Of a stretch of 64,000 nucleotides of DNA, positions 51,801 through 60,991 are shown piece after piece (the first letter of the stretch is position 1; each line of letters opens with the position of its first letter). The stretch covers positions 1,426,001 to 1,490,000 of the forward strand of contig JBHGNT010000020.1 in assembly GCA_043228905.1 (NCBI GenBank), in the 5' to 3' direction. Made by a program: the position numbers and the translations under genes. This DNA is from Azolla caroliniana. Taxonomy: Eukaryota > Plantae > Polypodiophyta. Under the pieces are notes generated by a model. That model did not search any database and was not told where the DNA came from. It worked only from the letters and a program-made list of their open reading frames with translations.

Positions 51801-52993
51801 GCCGACAGTGGTTGTGACTCGACGGGTGGTGGATTTCTTGAAGTTCCGAATTGCAACTCTCATAATGATTCCCGAAGGATTTCATTCTCTAGCTGAAGTT
51901 GTTGCAAGGCTTCTATGACTTGGTTTAGGTTGTCGACGGAGCCGAACATGGTAGCAAGAAGAGGGTGAAGGTGAACAAACTATCACAGACAAGTATAATA
52001 GAGCAGAGCGAAGACAAGACTAGAAAACAAGAGAGAGGAAAAGAACAAGAACTTAACTTATAGAATCTGTAACTAGTGGTGTTCACCTTGATTAGAATCA
52101 AGGTGCCCCTGAGTATTTATACAAGAAGGTAGGGCTATGTAAGCCAGCTAGAAATAGAGTATGCATGAGAATGTGTGCAAGCTAGAAATGAGGATACATG
52201 CAAGCTAGGAACTTCCAATGTTCAATCTATACTACATGAAGTTAGATTTAGTATAAGGATGCATATGTAGCTCAATTGGTAGGGTTGCCCAATAGAGACC
52301 ATGAGGTCTTGCGTTCAATCCCTACCTTCCTCCATGACATATGTCTATGACACTCATGACTTATTGCAAGTAATGTATCATTACTTCCTTCGCTTGAGGT
52401 ACTTGCATAATTTCTTTGACTTCCTCCATTTGTTCTTCCATTTTTCAGCCAACAATCATTAGCATAATCTCTACTTTACCACAATGATAACATGTTATAC
52501 CTTTGTAGGAGTTGTAGAAACCTCGATCTCTTCCTCTAAATTTTCCTCGACCTCTCCCTTGTGTGTTGTCATTTGATCCATCCTTGTTTTCCTCCAAATT
52601 AATTTGATTGTAGTTGAAGTTGTTGTGACCTCTTCCTTTTCCTCTTGAGCCTCCTCTTGAAATCCTTCCTTTACCTAGACCTGCATACAACACCCGGTTG
52701 TAGCCATCCTTCCCTTTGAAAGCACCAAAGCTAAGCTCTTCTATCACAAGATGAGGATTAGTTTATCAAACTTTGGATATTCATCTTTCAAATTCATGGA
52801 AGTTATAGAGGGCTTCCACCTTTCATCTTCTCTCAGTCCATTGAGAGTACAACACATAAGATCTTCATCCTCAACTATTGTACTAATAGAAGCTAAAGCA
52901 TCCCGTAGCTCCTTGATGTTCAATGTATATTCATCTATTGATTGACTCGAACTATTTTTAATTGTGTTTAACTCATTTTTTAGTAGAAGTTTC

Positions 52994-55900
52994 TGACGAG
53001 AACTCGACGTTCTTTATGTCCGACGCTCGGCCACAACCGAGATTCTTTTCATACACAGAAAAACAGGTAATGAAACGCGACACAAAGGGGAGAAATGGTA
53101 CACAGGAGGTTTACGTGGAAACCCCAAAATAAGGGAAAAACCACGGCAGCCCACAGGCTGCAAACTGTCACTATGTAGGAATATACAACAGTGAGTTCAC
53201 TGAGGCAACGACCTCGTGCTCTCAGATCTTCGCCACAAGCGGCGGTTACAACAAAGGCAACGACCTCGTCTCTCTCTCTTTCTCTATACAGTTACACGCT
53301 CTTTCTTCTTCTTGCACCAACAAGGAAGAATATCAACAACAAAAAACAGCTCGCCTAAAAGTTTGCCCTAAGTCATATTTATACTAATATGACTTTTCGG
53401 CTATTTACAAATGTAGCCTCGATGGGCTGTCAGAGACATATTTACGAATATGTCTCTTCCTCCGGTTCATACCGGGCCTACACCATCCGGCTCTCCGCAG
53501 TCGGGTACTCCCCATCCGGTTCATATCGTTTCGGCCTCGGCCGAGTTTGTTCGTCGGCACTGTTCTTCTCCCTTCCCATCCGAAGGGACCTGTCTCCCAA
53601 CAAACTCCCCCTTCACTCCGGCATGGGGTGTCTTTCCAGCCCGATCCTCTTCCGGCATGCGTCCAGCTTGTCGGGTGTCAGCACTTTGGTCAGCATATCT
53701 GACCCGTTCTCGACCGTGTGGATCTTCGTCAGTGCGAACTCCTGGTCATCTACCCTTTCCCGGATCCAGTGATACCTCCGCTGGATATGCTTCGTCCAGG
53801 AATGGTAGGCCGCATTCTTAGCAAGGTGGATGGCACTTTGACTGTCGCAATAGAGTCGGTATTCCTCTTGCCGGATACCGAGCTCTCCGATGAAGTCCTT
53901 CATCCATAATATTTCCTTGCCGGCTTCCACAGCCGCCATGTACTCCGCCTCTGTGGTTGACAATGCAACCGTCTTCTGCAGCCTCGACTGCCACGAAACA
54001 ACTCCCCCTGCATATGTCATCACATACCCGGATGTAGACCGGCTGGTATCCACATCAGCCGACATGTCCGAATCGGTGAAACCGTCCAGTTGAGGTTTTC
54101 CGGAGCCGAATCGGAGACACAAATTTGAAGTGCCCTTCAAATACTGGAGTATCCACTTGACTGCGTTCCAATGCTCCTTGCCGGGATTGCTCATAAACCG
54201 GCTCACCACTCCGACTGCGTATCCAATGTCCGGTCGGGTACAAACCATTGCGTACATCAAGCTCCCGACGGCAGAGGCATATGGAATCTTCATCATATCT
54301 GCCTTCTCTCCTTTTGTCTTCGGGCTTTGCTTGCCGGACAACTTGCAGTTTGCCGGAAGTGTCGATCCGACCGGTTTTGCATCTGACATGTTGAACCGGT
54401 GAAGCACCTTTGTCACATACTTCTCCTGTGACAGCCATAATTGCTTCACTGACCGGTCCCGAATGATGTGCATCCCCAACATTTGTCTTGCCGGACCCAA
54501 GTCTTTCATTGAGAAGGTCCGGTTGAGAGCCTTCTTCAACATCCGTATTTTGACTTCGTCTCGTCCGACGATCAACATGTCATCCACGTACAGGAGAAGT
54601 ATCAGGAAGTCCCCTCCTTCGAACTTCTTCACGAACACGCAATGATCGGCCTGCGTCTTATGGTACCCTTGATCGGTCATGAAGGAGTCGAACTTCCGGT
54701 ACCATTGCCGGGGAGCCTGCTTCAGTCCGTACAGGCTCTTCTTCAACCGGCATACCAGGTGCTCCTTCCCTTTCTCCACAAATCCTTCCGGTTGCTGCAT
54801 GTAGATTTCCTCTTCGAGGTCGCCATGAAGGAATGTCGTCTTCACGTCCAGCTGCTCTACCTCGAGATCCATGCTTGCTGCTATACTCAGCACCGTCCGG
54901 ATGGAGGTCATCTTTACTACCGGGGCGAATATTTCGTCAAAGTCCACGCCCTTCTTCTGCTGGAACCCCTTCACCACGATCCTGGCTTTGTATCTCGGGG
55001 GGTTGCCGGCATCTCCCGGTTTCAACTTGAACACCCACTTGTTTCGGAGTGCCCGTTTTCCTTTCGGCAGCTCCACCAATTCGTACGTATGGTTCTCATG
55101 CAGGGAATCCATCTCATCCTGCATGGCACTTAACCATTTTCGGTTGTGGGTGTCTTCCTTCGCTTCTTCGAAGCTTTCCGGCTCCCCCTCATCGGTCAGT
55201 AGGACATGCTCTGCATCTGGAAATCTCCGGGGCGCCCTTCTCTCTCTGAGAGGATATCTACGTCTTCGGGCTTCGGTTACCGGTTCCTCCATTTGCTCTT
55301 CATCCGAATCCGATTCGGGGTCTAGACCGGTTCCGGTCTCAACTTCCTCTACTTCTTCTTCTGCCGGTTCGGTATCCTCACCGTAACCGGCTGGTTCCTC
55401 GAGTGCTAACCGGTCTCTTGCCGGTTGGGTCTGCTCATTGTAGAGTCTATCCTTACCGGTCGACTCAGAGTTCATTACCTTCTTCTCCGACTCCCAGTCG
55501 GCGAGCGTCTTGTCCTCCATGAAGATGATATCTCGACTCCGGAATACCGTCTTGTCGACCGAGTCCCACACTCGGTAGCCGAACTCATCGTCACCGTAAC
55601 CGAGGAATATGCATGGCCGGGTCTTTGGATCTAACTTTCCTCTCCGGTCCTTTGCTACATGCACGTACGCGAGACACCCGAACACCCTCAGATGCCGGTA
55701 GGACACTTCCTTACTGGTCCATACTCTCTGTGGCGTGTCTCCGTCCAAGGGTACTGAGGGTGATCTGTTTATCACATATGTCTCCGTCGACAGTGCCTCA
55801 GCCCAAAACTTCTTGGGTAGTTTTGCATGCGCTAGCATACTCCGAACCCTCTCCATTATGGTCCGGTTCATCCTCTCGGCCAGTCCGTTTAGTTCCGGCG

Positions 55901-58368
55901 TCTTCGGCACGGTAAATTCGAGCCGGATTCCCTTCGAGCGGCAGTACTCCTCGAACTGCCCCTGGTACTCTCCTCCGTTATCTGCACGAACAGCCTTCAG
56001 CTTCTGGCCGGTTTCTCTTTCCACTCTCGCGTGGAGCTCTTTGAAGACTGATAACACCTGATCCTTCGTCTTCAGCGGTGTGGCCCACAGCTTCCGGCTG
56101 TGGTCATCTATGAACGTCACGAAGTACTGCGCTCCGGCATGTGACTTCGTGTCTACTTGACAAACATCCGTATGCACCAACTCCAGTGGTGCATTACGTC
56201 TCATCGGTGGCCTTGGTCGGAAGGAGGTCCGGTTCTGCTTACCGGCCAGACAGTCAGTGCACTTCTCTAAGTGCACGTTCTTCACTGGAATGAGGTTGTC
56301 GTCTCCAAGCCTCTTCATCCCCTTCTCACTCATGTGACATAGCCTCTTGTGCCACAGCTCACCGGTAGTGTCGGAAGCCACGTTCACTTCTTCCGGACAT
56401 AACCGGGCATTCATCAGGTACAGTGTGTTTACCTTCCGGGCCCGAGCCACAATCAGGCTCCCTTTGCTGAACTTCATGACACCGTTCCGGATGCTACCCG
56501 TGTAGCCTTCATCATCCAGCCGACCGGCTGATATCAAGTTCAGACGAACTTCCGGAACGTGTCGGACATCCTTCAACAACAACTTGCATCCGGTTGGTGT
56601 TGTCAGCCACACATCTCCTATGCCGACAATTCGGCATGTTCCTTCATTCCCCATCCGGACACAGCCATGATCACCGGCTGAGTAGGATGAGAAGCATTTC
56701 CGGTCCGGGGTAAGGTGGAACGACGCTCCGGAGTCTACCACCCAGGTCATCTCGTCGCCGGCATGGTTTATCTCACTCTCCTCGGTGATGAGCATCAACT
56801 CCTCTTCACTTGCCGCAATTGTCGTCGTTCCCATCCGGTCCGGCCCCCTCCGGTCTTTACTGTTCCGGTCTGTACCGTTCCGGTTCGGGGTTCGCTTCGA
56901 ATCGGTACCGTCGGTTTCCTTGTCTTTACGGAAATGCCGACAGTTCTTTTGGAAGTGACCCGGCTTGCCACAATAGAAGCAAGTAGGCCTCCCCCTTGAC
57001 TTTGACCGTGTCCCCGACTTCTCCCGGTTCTGGGAACTACGGTTTCTATGTCTTCCGCGTTCCGATTCGGTAAGGAGCGCTTTGGAGTCGGAGCTCGTAT
57101 CTTTGTCTTTCCGACGAGCCTCCTCATCTAATAAGCTCGACTTTACTCTTGCTAGGGATAACCGTTTTCCTTCCGGCCCGGCGTTGCCCAAAGTGACAAC
57201 CAACGTCTCCCAGCTATCCGGGAGGGAACCGAGCAGAAGTAGCGCTAGGACCTCATCGGCAAGAGGTACTTCCAATGACGTTGCCTGGTGGATCAGCCCC
57301 TGGAAGGCATTCATATGCTCCGCCATGCTGGAGCCATCTTGGTACCGGAGTCTTACTAGCTTCCGGAATACCGACACCTGATTGACAGCATTTTTGTTCT
57401 GGAACATTATGCCGATCTTCTCCCAGAGCTCATGAGCCTTGCTCTCTTCATTGAAGTTGTTGTACAGGCTCATGTCGATGAAGCACTGTATGTACGCCGT
57501 TGTCTTCATGTGCATCACCTCCCATATCGCGGCGTCGATTTTGTCCGGTCTCTTGTCCCCGAACTGAACCGGCAGCCAGAGGTCTTTAACCACGAGCATG
57601 TCCCTCATCTTCGACTTCCACACTGAATAGTTGGAGCCGGTGAGCTTGAACATGCCGCCAAACGATTCGTCCATTTTCTGTGTCGATTTTGCTCTGATAC
57701 CAATTGACGAGAACTCGACGTTCTTTATGTCCGACGCTCGGCCACAACCGAGATTCTTTTCATACACAGAAAAACAGGTAATGAAACGCGACACAAAGGG
57801 GAGAAATGGTACATAGGAGGTTTACGTGGAAACCCCAAAATAAGGGAAAAACCACGGCAGCCCACAGGCTGCAAACTGTCACTATGTAGGAATATACAAC
57901 AGTGAGTTCACTGAGGCAACGACCTCGTGCTCTCAGATCTTCGCCACAGGCGGCGGTTACAACAGAGGCAACGACCTCGTCTCTCTCTCTTTCTTTGTAC
58001 AGTTACGCGCTCTTTCTTCTTCTTGCACCAACAAGGAAGAATATCAACAACAAAAAAACAGCTCGCCTAAAAGTTTGCCCTAAGTCATATTTATACTAAT
58101 ATGACTTTTCGGCTATTTACAAATGTAGCCTCGATGGGCTCTCAGAGACATATTTACGAATATGTCTCTTCCTCCGGTTCATACCGGGCCTACACCATCC
58201 GGCTCTCCGCAGTCGGGTACTCCCCATCCGGTTCATACCGGGCCTACACCATCCGGCTCTCCGCAGTCGGGTACTCCCCATCCGGTTCATACCGTTTCGG
58301 CCTCGGGCGAGTTTGTTCGTTGGCACTGTTCTTCTCCCTTCCCATCCGGAGGGACCTGTCTCCCAACA
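52994..58368 (-). mobile_element. Copia G (Tork/Tnt1-like), structurally intact; LTRs 52994-53602 and 57705-58368
   Basis: TSD GTTTC (52989-52993, 58369-58373); tRNA-iMet PBS 57691-57702; PPT GAAGGGGGAG next to 53603. Confidence 0.97.
53613..57674 (-). CDS. Uninterrupted Copia gag-pol polyprotein (1353 aa from MDESFGG)
   Basis: CFYCGKPGHFQKNC, WVVDSGASFH, LWHKRLCH, VHTDVC, ADNGGEY, YVDDML, GFTDSD, TEAEY; first ATG after the PBS. Confidence 0.95.
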   Translation of the reverse strand: MDESFGGMFKLTGSNYSVWKSKMRDMLVVKDLWLPVQFGDKRPDKIDAAIWEVMHMKTTAYIQCFIDMSLYNNFNEESKAHELWEKIGIMFQNKNAVNQVSVFRKLVRLRYQDGSSMAEHMNAFQGLIHQATSLEVPLADEVLALLLLGSLPDSWETLVVTLGNAGPEGKRLSLARVKSSLLDEEARRKDKDTSSDSKALLTESERGRHRNRSSQNREKSGTRSKSRGRPTCFYCGKPGHFQKNCRHFRKDKETDGTDSKRTPNRNGTDRNSKDRRGPDRMGTTTIAASEEELMLITEESEINHAGDEMTWVVDSGASFHLTPDRKCFSSYSAGDHGCVRMGNEGTCRIVGIGDVWLTTPTGCKLLLKDVRHVPEVRLNLISAGRLDDEGYTGSIRNGVMKFSKGSLIVARARKVNTLYLMNARLCPEEVNVASDTTGELWHKRLCHMSEKGMKRLGDDNLIPVKNVHLEKCTDCLAGKQNRTSFRPRPPMRRNAPLELVHTDVCQVDTKSHAGAQYFVTFIDDHSRKLWATPLKTKDQVLSVFKELHARVERETGQKLKAVRADNGGEYQGQFEEYCRSKGIRLEFTVPKTPELNGLAERMNRTIMERVRSMLAHAKLPKKFWAEALSTETYVINRSPSVPLDGDTPQRVWTSKEVSYRHLRVFGCLAYVHVAKDRRGKLDPKTRPCIFLGYGDDEFGYRVWDSVDKTVFRSRDIIFMEDKTLADWESEKKVMNSESTGKDRLYNEQTQPARDRLALEEPAGYGEDTEPAEEEVEEVETGTGLDPESDSDEEQMEEPVTEARRRRYPLRERRAPRRFPDAEHVLLTDEGEPESFEEAKEDTHNRKWLSAMQDEMDSLHENHTYELVELPKGKRALRNKWVFKLKPGDAGNPPRYKARIVVKGFQQKKGVDFDEIFAPVVKMTSIRTVLSIAASMDLEVEQLDVKTTFLHGDLEEEIYMQQPEGFVEKGKEHLVCRLKKSLYGLKQAPRQWYRKFDSFMTDQGYHKTQADHCVFVKKFEGGDFLILLLYVDDMLIVGRDEVKIRMLKKALNRTFSMKDLGPARQMLGMHIIRDRSVKQLWLSQEKYVTKVLHRFNMSDAKPVGSTLPANCKLSGKQSPKTKGEKADMMKIPYASAVGSLMYAMVCTRPDIGYAVGVVSRFMSNPGKEHWNAVKWILQYLKGTSNLCLRFGSGKPQLDGFTDSDMSADVDTSRSTSGYVMTYAGGVVSWQSRLQKTVALSTTEAEYMAAVEAGKEILWMKDFIGELGIRQEEYRLYCDSQSAIHLAKNAAYHSWTKHIQRRYHWIRERVDDQEFALTKIHTVENGSDMLTKVLTPDKLDACRKRIGLERHPMPE

Positions 58369-59478
58369 GTTTCCTATCTTTTGCATTTGTTGAATACATC
58401 CTTTCAAGAGTTTCCCATGCATCCTCTCTTAGCAATTTTTAGATGTTGAGTATGCCCTACCATGGAATTACTAATTACTTGTGAAATGAGGAACATGACT
58501 TTCCTATTCCTCTCTTCCCATTCTTTTCCTTGTCTTCTTTGGGGTTCGGTGGTTGTAGTTTGATCGATTTTAGGTTGAGTATCCTCTCCGCTCACCATAC
58601 CCCACAATCCTTTGCCCATTAGGTAATTGGTCATTCTAAACTTCCATATAGGGTAGTTATCTTTATCTAATTTCTCTTCTTGTTGACCCAACTCAGCCAT
58701 TCAAAATATATCAAAGATAATGACAATTACCTCTAATAATTGTGTAGTCCTCTTCTACTCTTGTTTCGTGAATCTCCCCCTTTCTTTTTAGTTCTTTTTT
58801 CTTTTCTTCAACTTGAGGATTGTTGATGAATCCTTTACACCAGCCAAGCTCTGATACCAACTGTGGAGAATTGGTCCTCCTATTCACAGTAAGAAGCGTA
58901 TAGTGAACCATTGTAGGTCCAATACTTGGACAAACACCTGTCACTCTCAGATTGATAACTCAGATAATATGACAAATCTGAGGCTCATATTTTATAAACA
59001 AAAACTAAACAGAAAGGGCTTTCCAACAAGTGTTTAAACATAATGAATGGCTATATATTCATTAAGATGTGAATCTTACAAATGAGCTGATACAAAAGAA
59101 ATGTGAGACTCAGAAAGACTAACAATGTATCAAAGACAATCTATAGAACTTCTCACGTAGATATGACAGTCAAGGTATTCCTCTTGCTCTCCTCTTTTTT
59201 GTATGTATGTATAGAACACGTTTTATACCTATTTTTATACCTTATGTTTTATGCTAGCTACTTACAACTTGACTCACCTACTAGATTCCACTTTTGTAGC
59301 CACTAATTTTTGTGTCTAATTCTCACCTACCACATATATTTACCCATTATATGCTATTCACTAGAGTCTTTAGATAAATGTTCACCATACATCTTTATAA
59401 ACATAAACAACCATAACTCATGTCAATTTGAGCTTGTACATTTATCTTCAACAATGCTTACATTAGGATTGAGCTCTA

Positions 59479-59790
59479 ATTGCTTCTTACTACACTAGGA
59501 GATGGTCGCGCTCCCTATGGAGAACATGAAGCTTGATGTTTAGCGGTGATCGGTTGCATCTCTGGCCCAATCGGCATCTGTATAGAAGACTAGTTGTTCA
59601 ACAACACCATATCTGTACAGGAGGCCACAATCAAGAGTGCCACTGACATATCTTAATATCCAATGCGTGCACTGCACGTGTTCATTTCTCGGCTTCTACA
59701 TGAAATAACTGATCAAGCCAACAAGATAACTTAGATCTTGTCAAGTGATCGTCAAATAGATCAGGCTTCCGACAATTTGCACGAAGCATG
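59479..59790 (-). pseudogene. Copia RT/RNase H fragment
   Basis: The minus strand reads RQIVGSLIYLTIT...RILRYV...FYTDADWA...ATIS*CSKKQ. Confidence 0.8.
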
Positions 59791-59794
59791 CTTC

Positions 59795-59958
59795 ATCATG
59801 TCCGACCATTTGCAGGACGCCGATCGAGGCACAAGTCCGTCTTAATCCCTTCGCTCGGGGGTGGTTGGGTGGATTGGTACCCGTCTTTCTCTCTTCACTC
59901 TTATTTTTCTATCTATTATTTCCTTATCTCATTCTTACATTTAAATCTAGCTCTAACA
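59795..59958 (+). repeat. 3' fragment of another Gypsy E-family LTR, inserted in Copia D
   Basis: ATCCCTTCGCTCGGGGGTGGTTGGGTGGAT...TTATCTCATTCTTACATT...GCTCTAACA, matching 29287-29378 joined to 59454-59478. Confidence 0.75.
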
Positions 59959-60991
59959 TTCCCTTTTTGGGAATCTTCAGGGGGGCCTTCTATTCCTTAG
60001 AGGGTATCTTCTTCCTTTGTTCTCATCAGTCGGCTCGCTAGATTCCTCCTCTTCTACTTCGGCTGCTTCATCGTCTGATTCGGAGTCGGCTACTTCTTCC
60101 TCTTCGGATCCGATTGGATGCCTTTCGATTGGTCCAGCTCCGCATTCGACCCCGTCTCCGGATCCGGCTCCTGATTGTTCTTCAACCGATCCAACTCCTT
60201 GTCTACATATGATCGACTCACCTTGTTCTTGAGTCGGTATTCGACTTCTGACTAGTTGGGAGGGCATTCCCGACTTCTCCTTCTCCCAGTTTGCAATTGC
60301 CTTCTCCTTCATGAAGACTACATGTCTCATCTCCGAATCACTTTGTTCTCGACTAATTCCCATAAATGGTAGCCGAACTCGTTGTCGTCGTATCCCAAGG
60401 ATATCCATGGTCTAGTTTTCGGGTTTAGTTTTTCCCCTCTGATCCTTTGCAACATGCACCTAGGCAAGACAACCGAACATCCTCAGATGGGGGTAGGAAA
60501 CGTCTTTGACGGTCCACACCCTTTGTGGAATATCTCTATCCAAGGGTACTGAGGGTGATCTGTTTATCATGTAAACCGTTGTCATCAATGTCTCAGCCCA
60601 AAACATCTTAGACAGCCTTGCATGTGCAAGCATGCTCCAAACTCTCTCCATGACGGTCTTGTTCATTCTCTCGGTTAGCACATTAAGATATGGTGTCTTC
60701 AGCATAGTGTATTCGAGTTGGATTCCCTTTGACTGACAGTAAGTACTTTTCGAACTACCCTCAATATTCGCCTTTGTTATCTGCTTGAACCGCTTTTAGC
60801 TTCCTGTCAGTCTCTCTTTTTTTCCTTGCCTAGAACTCCTTGAAGATGGATAGTACTTAGTCCTTTGTCTTCAAAATGGAAACCACAACTTCTAGCTACA
60901 ATCATCTATGAAGGTCACAAAATATTGTGAACCGGCATGTGACTTAGTGTCCACATAGCATACATCCATATGCACGAGTTCTAGTGGTGCC
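59959..60991 (-). pseudogene. Copia D integrase fragment (relative of Copia G)
   Basis: APLELVHMDV..VDTKSHAGSQYFVTFIDD, INRSPSVPLD, RRYPLR; collinear with 55240-56190. Confidence 0.88.

Larger units (their letters stand above)
33227..52352 (-). mobile_element. Gypsy F, Tcn1-like chromovirus, degenerate; LTRs 33227-33609 and 51981-52339 (+13 nt to 52352)
   Basis: TSD CTCAT (33222-33226, 52353-52357); removing the element restores the Copia C frame AISHEFRSSYEDDGKWYIDSG. Gag knuckle [27 protein letters not shown] and YLDDIL, chromodomain remnant EATWE near 33710. Confidence 0.92.
29379..59453 (-). mobile_element. Copia C, full length but degenerate; LTRs 29379-29964 and 58862-59453; hosts Gypsy F and Copia G
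   Basis: Matching TG...CA LTRs; TSD ATGCT (29374-29378, 59454-59458); tRNA-iMet PBS 58848-58859; PPT GAGGGGGAG at 29965-29973. Gag from 58700, then PR WYIDSG, INT, RT and RNH fragments in 29970-33226. Confidence 0.95.

Noticed and set aside
57675-57794. N-terminal 40 aa of the 1393-aa ORF call
   Set aside because: It runs through the PBS and LTR; the real start is most likely the ATG at 57674.
59959-59970. PPT (AAAAAGGGAA) before a minus-strand LTR
   Set aside because: It is Copia coding sequence (RFPKRE, homologous to RFPDAE in G), and the adjacent LTR piece is a + strand E-family end.
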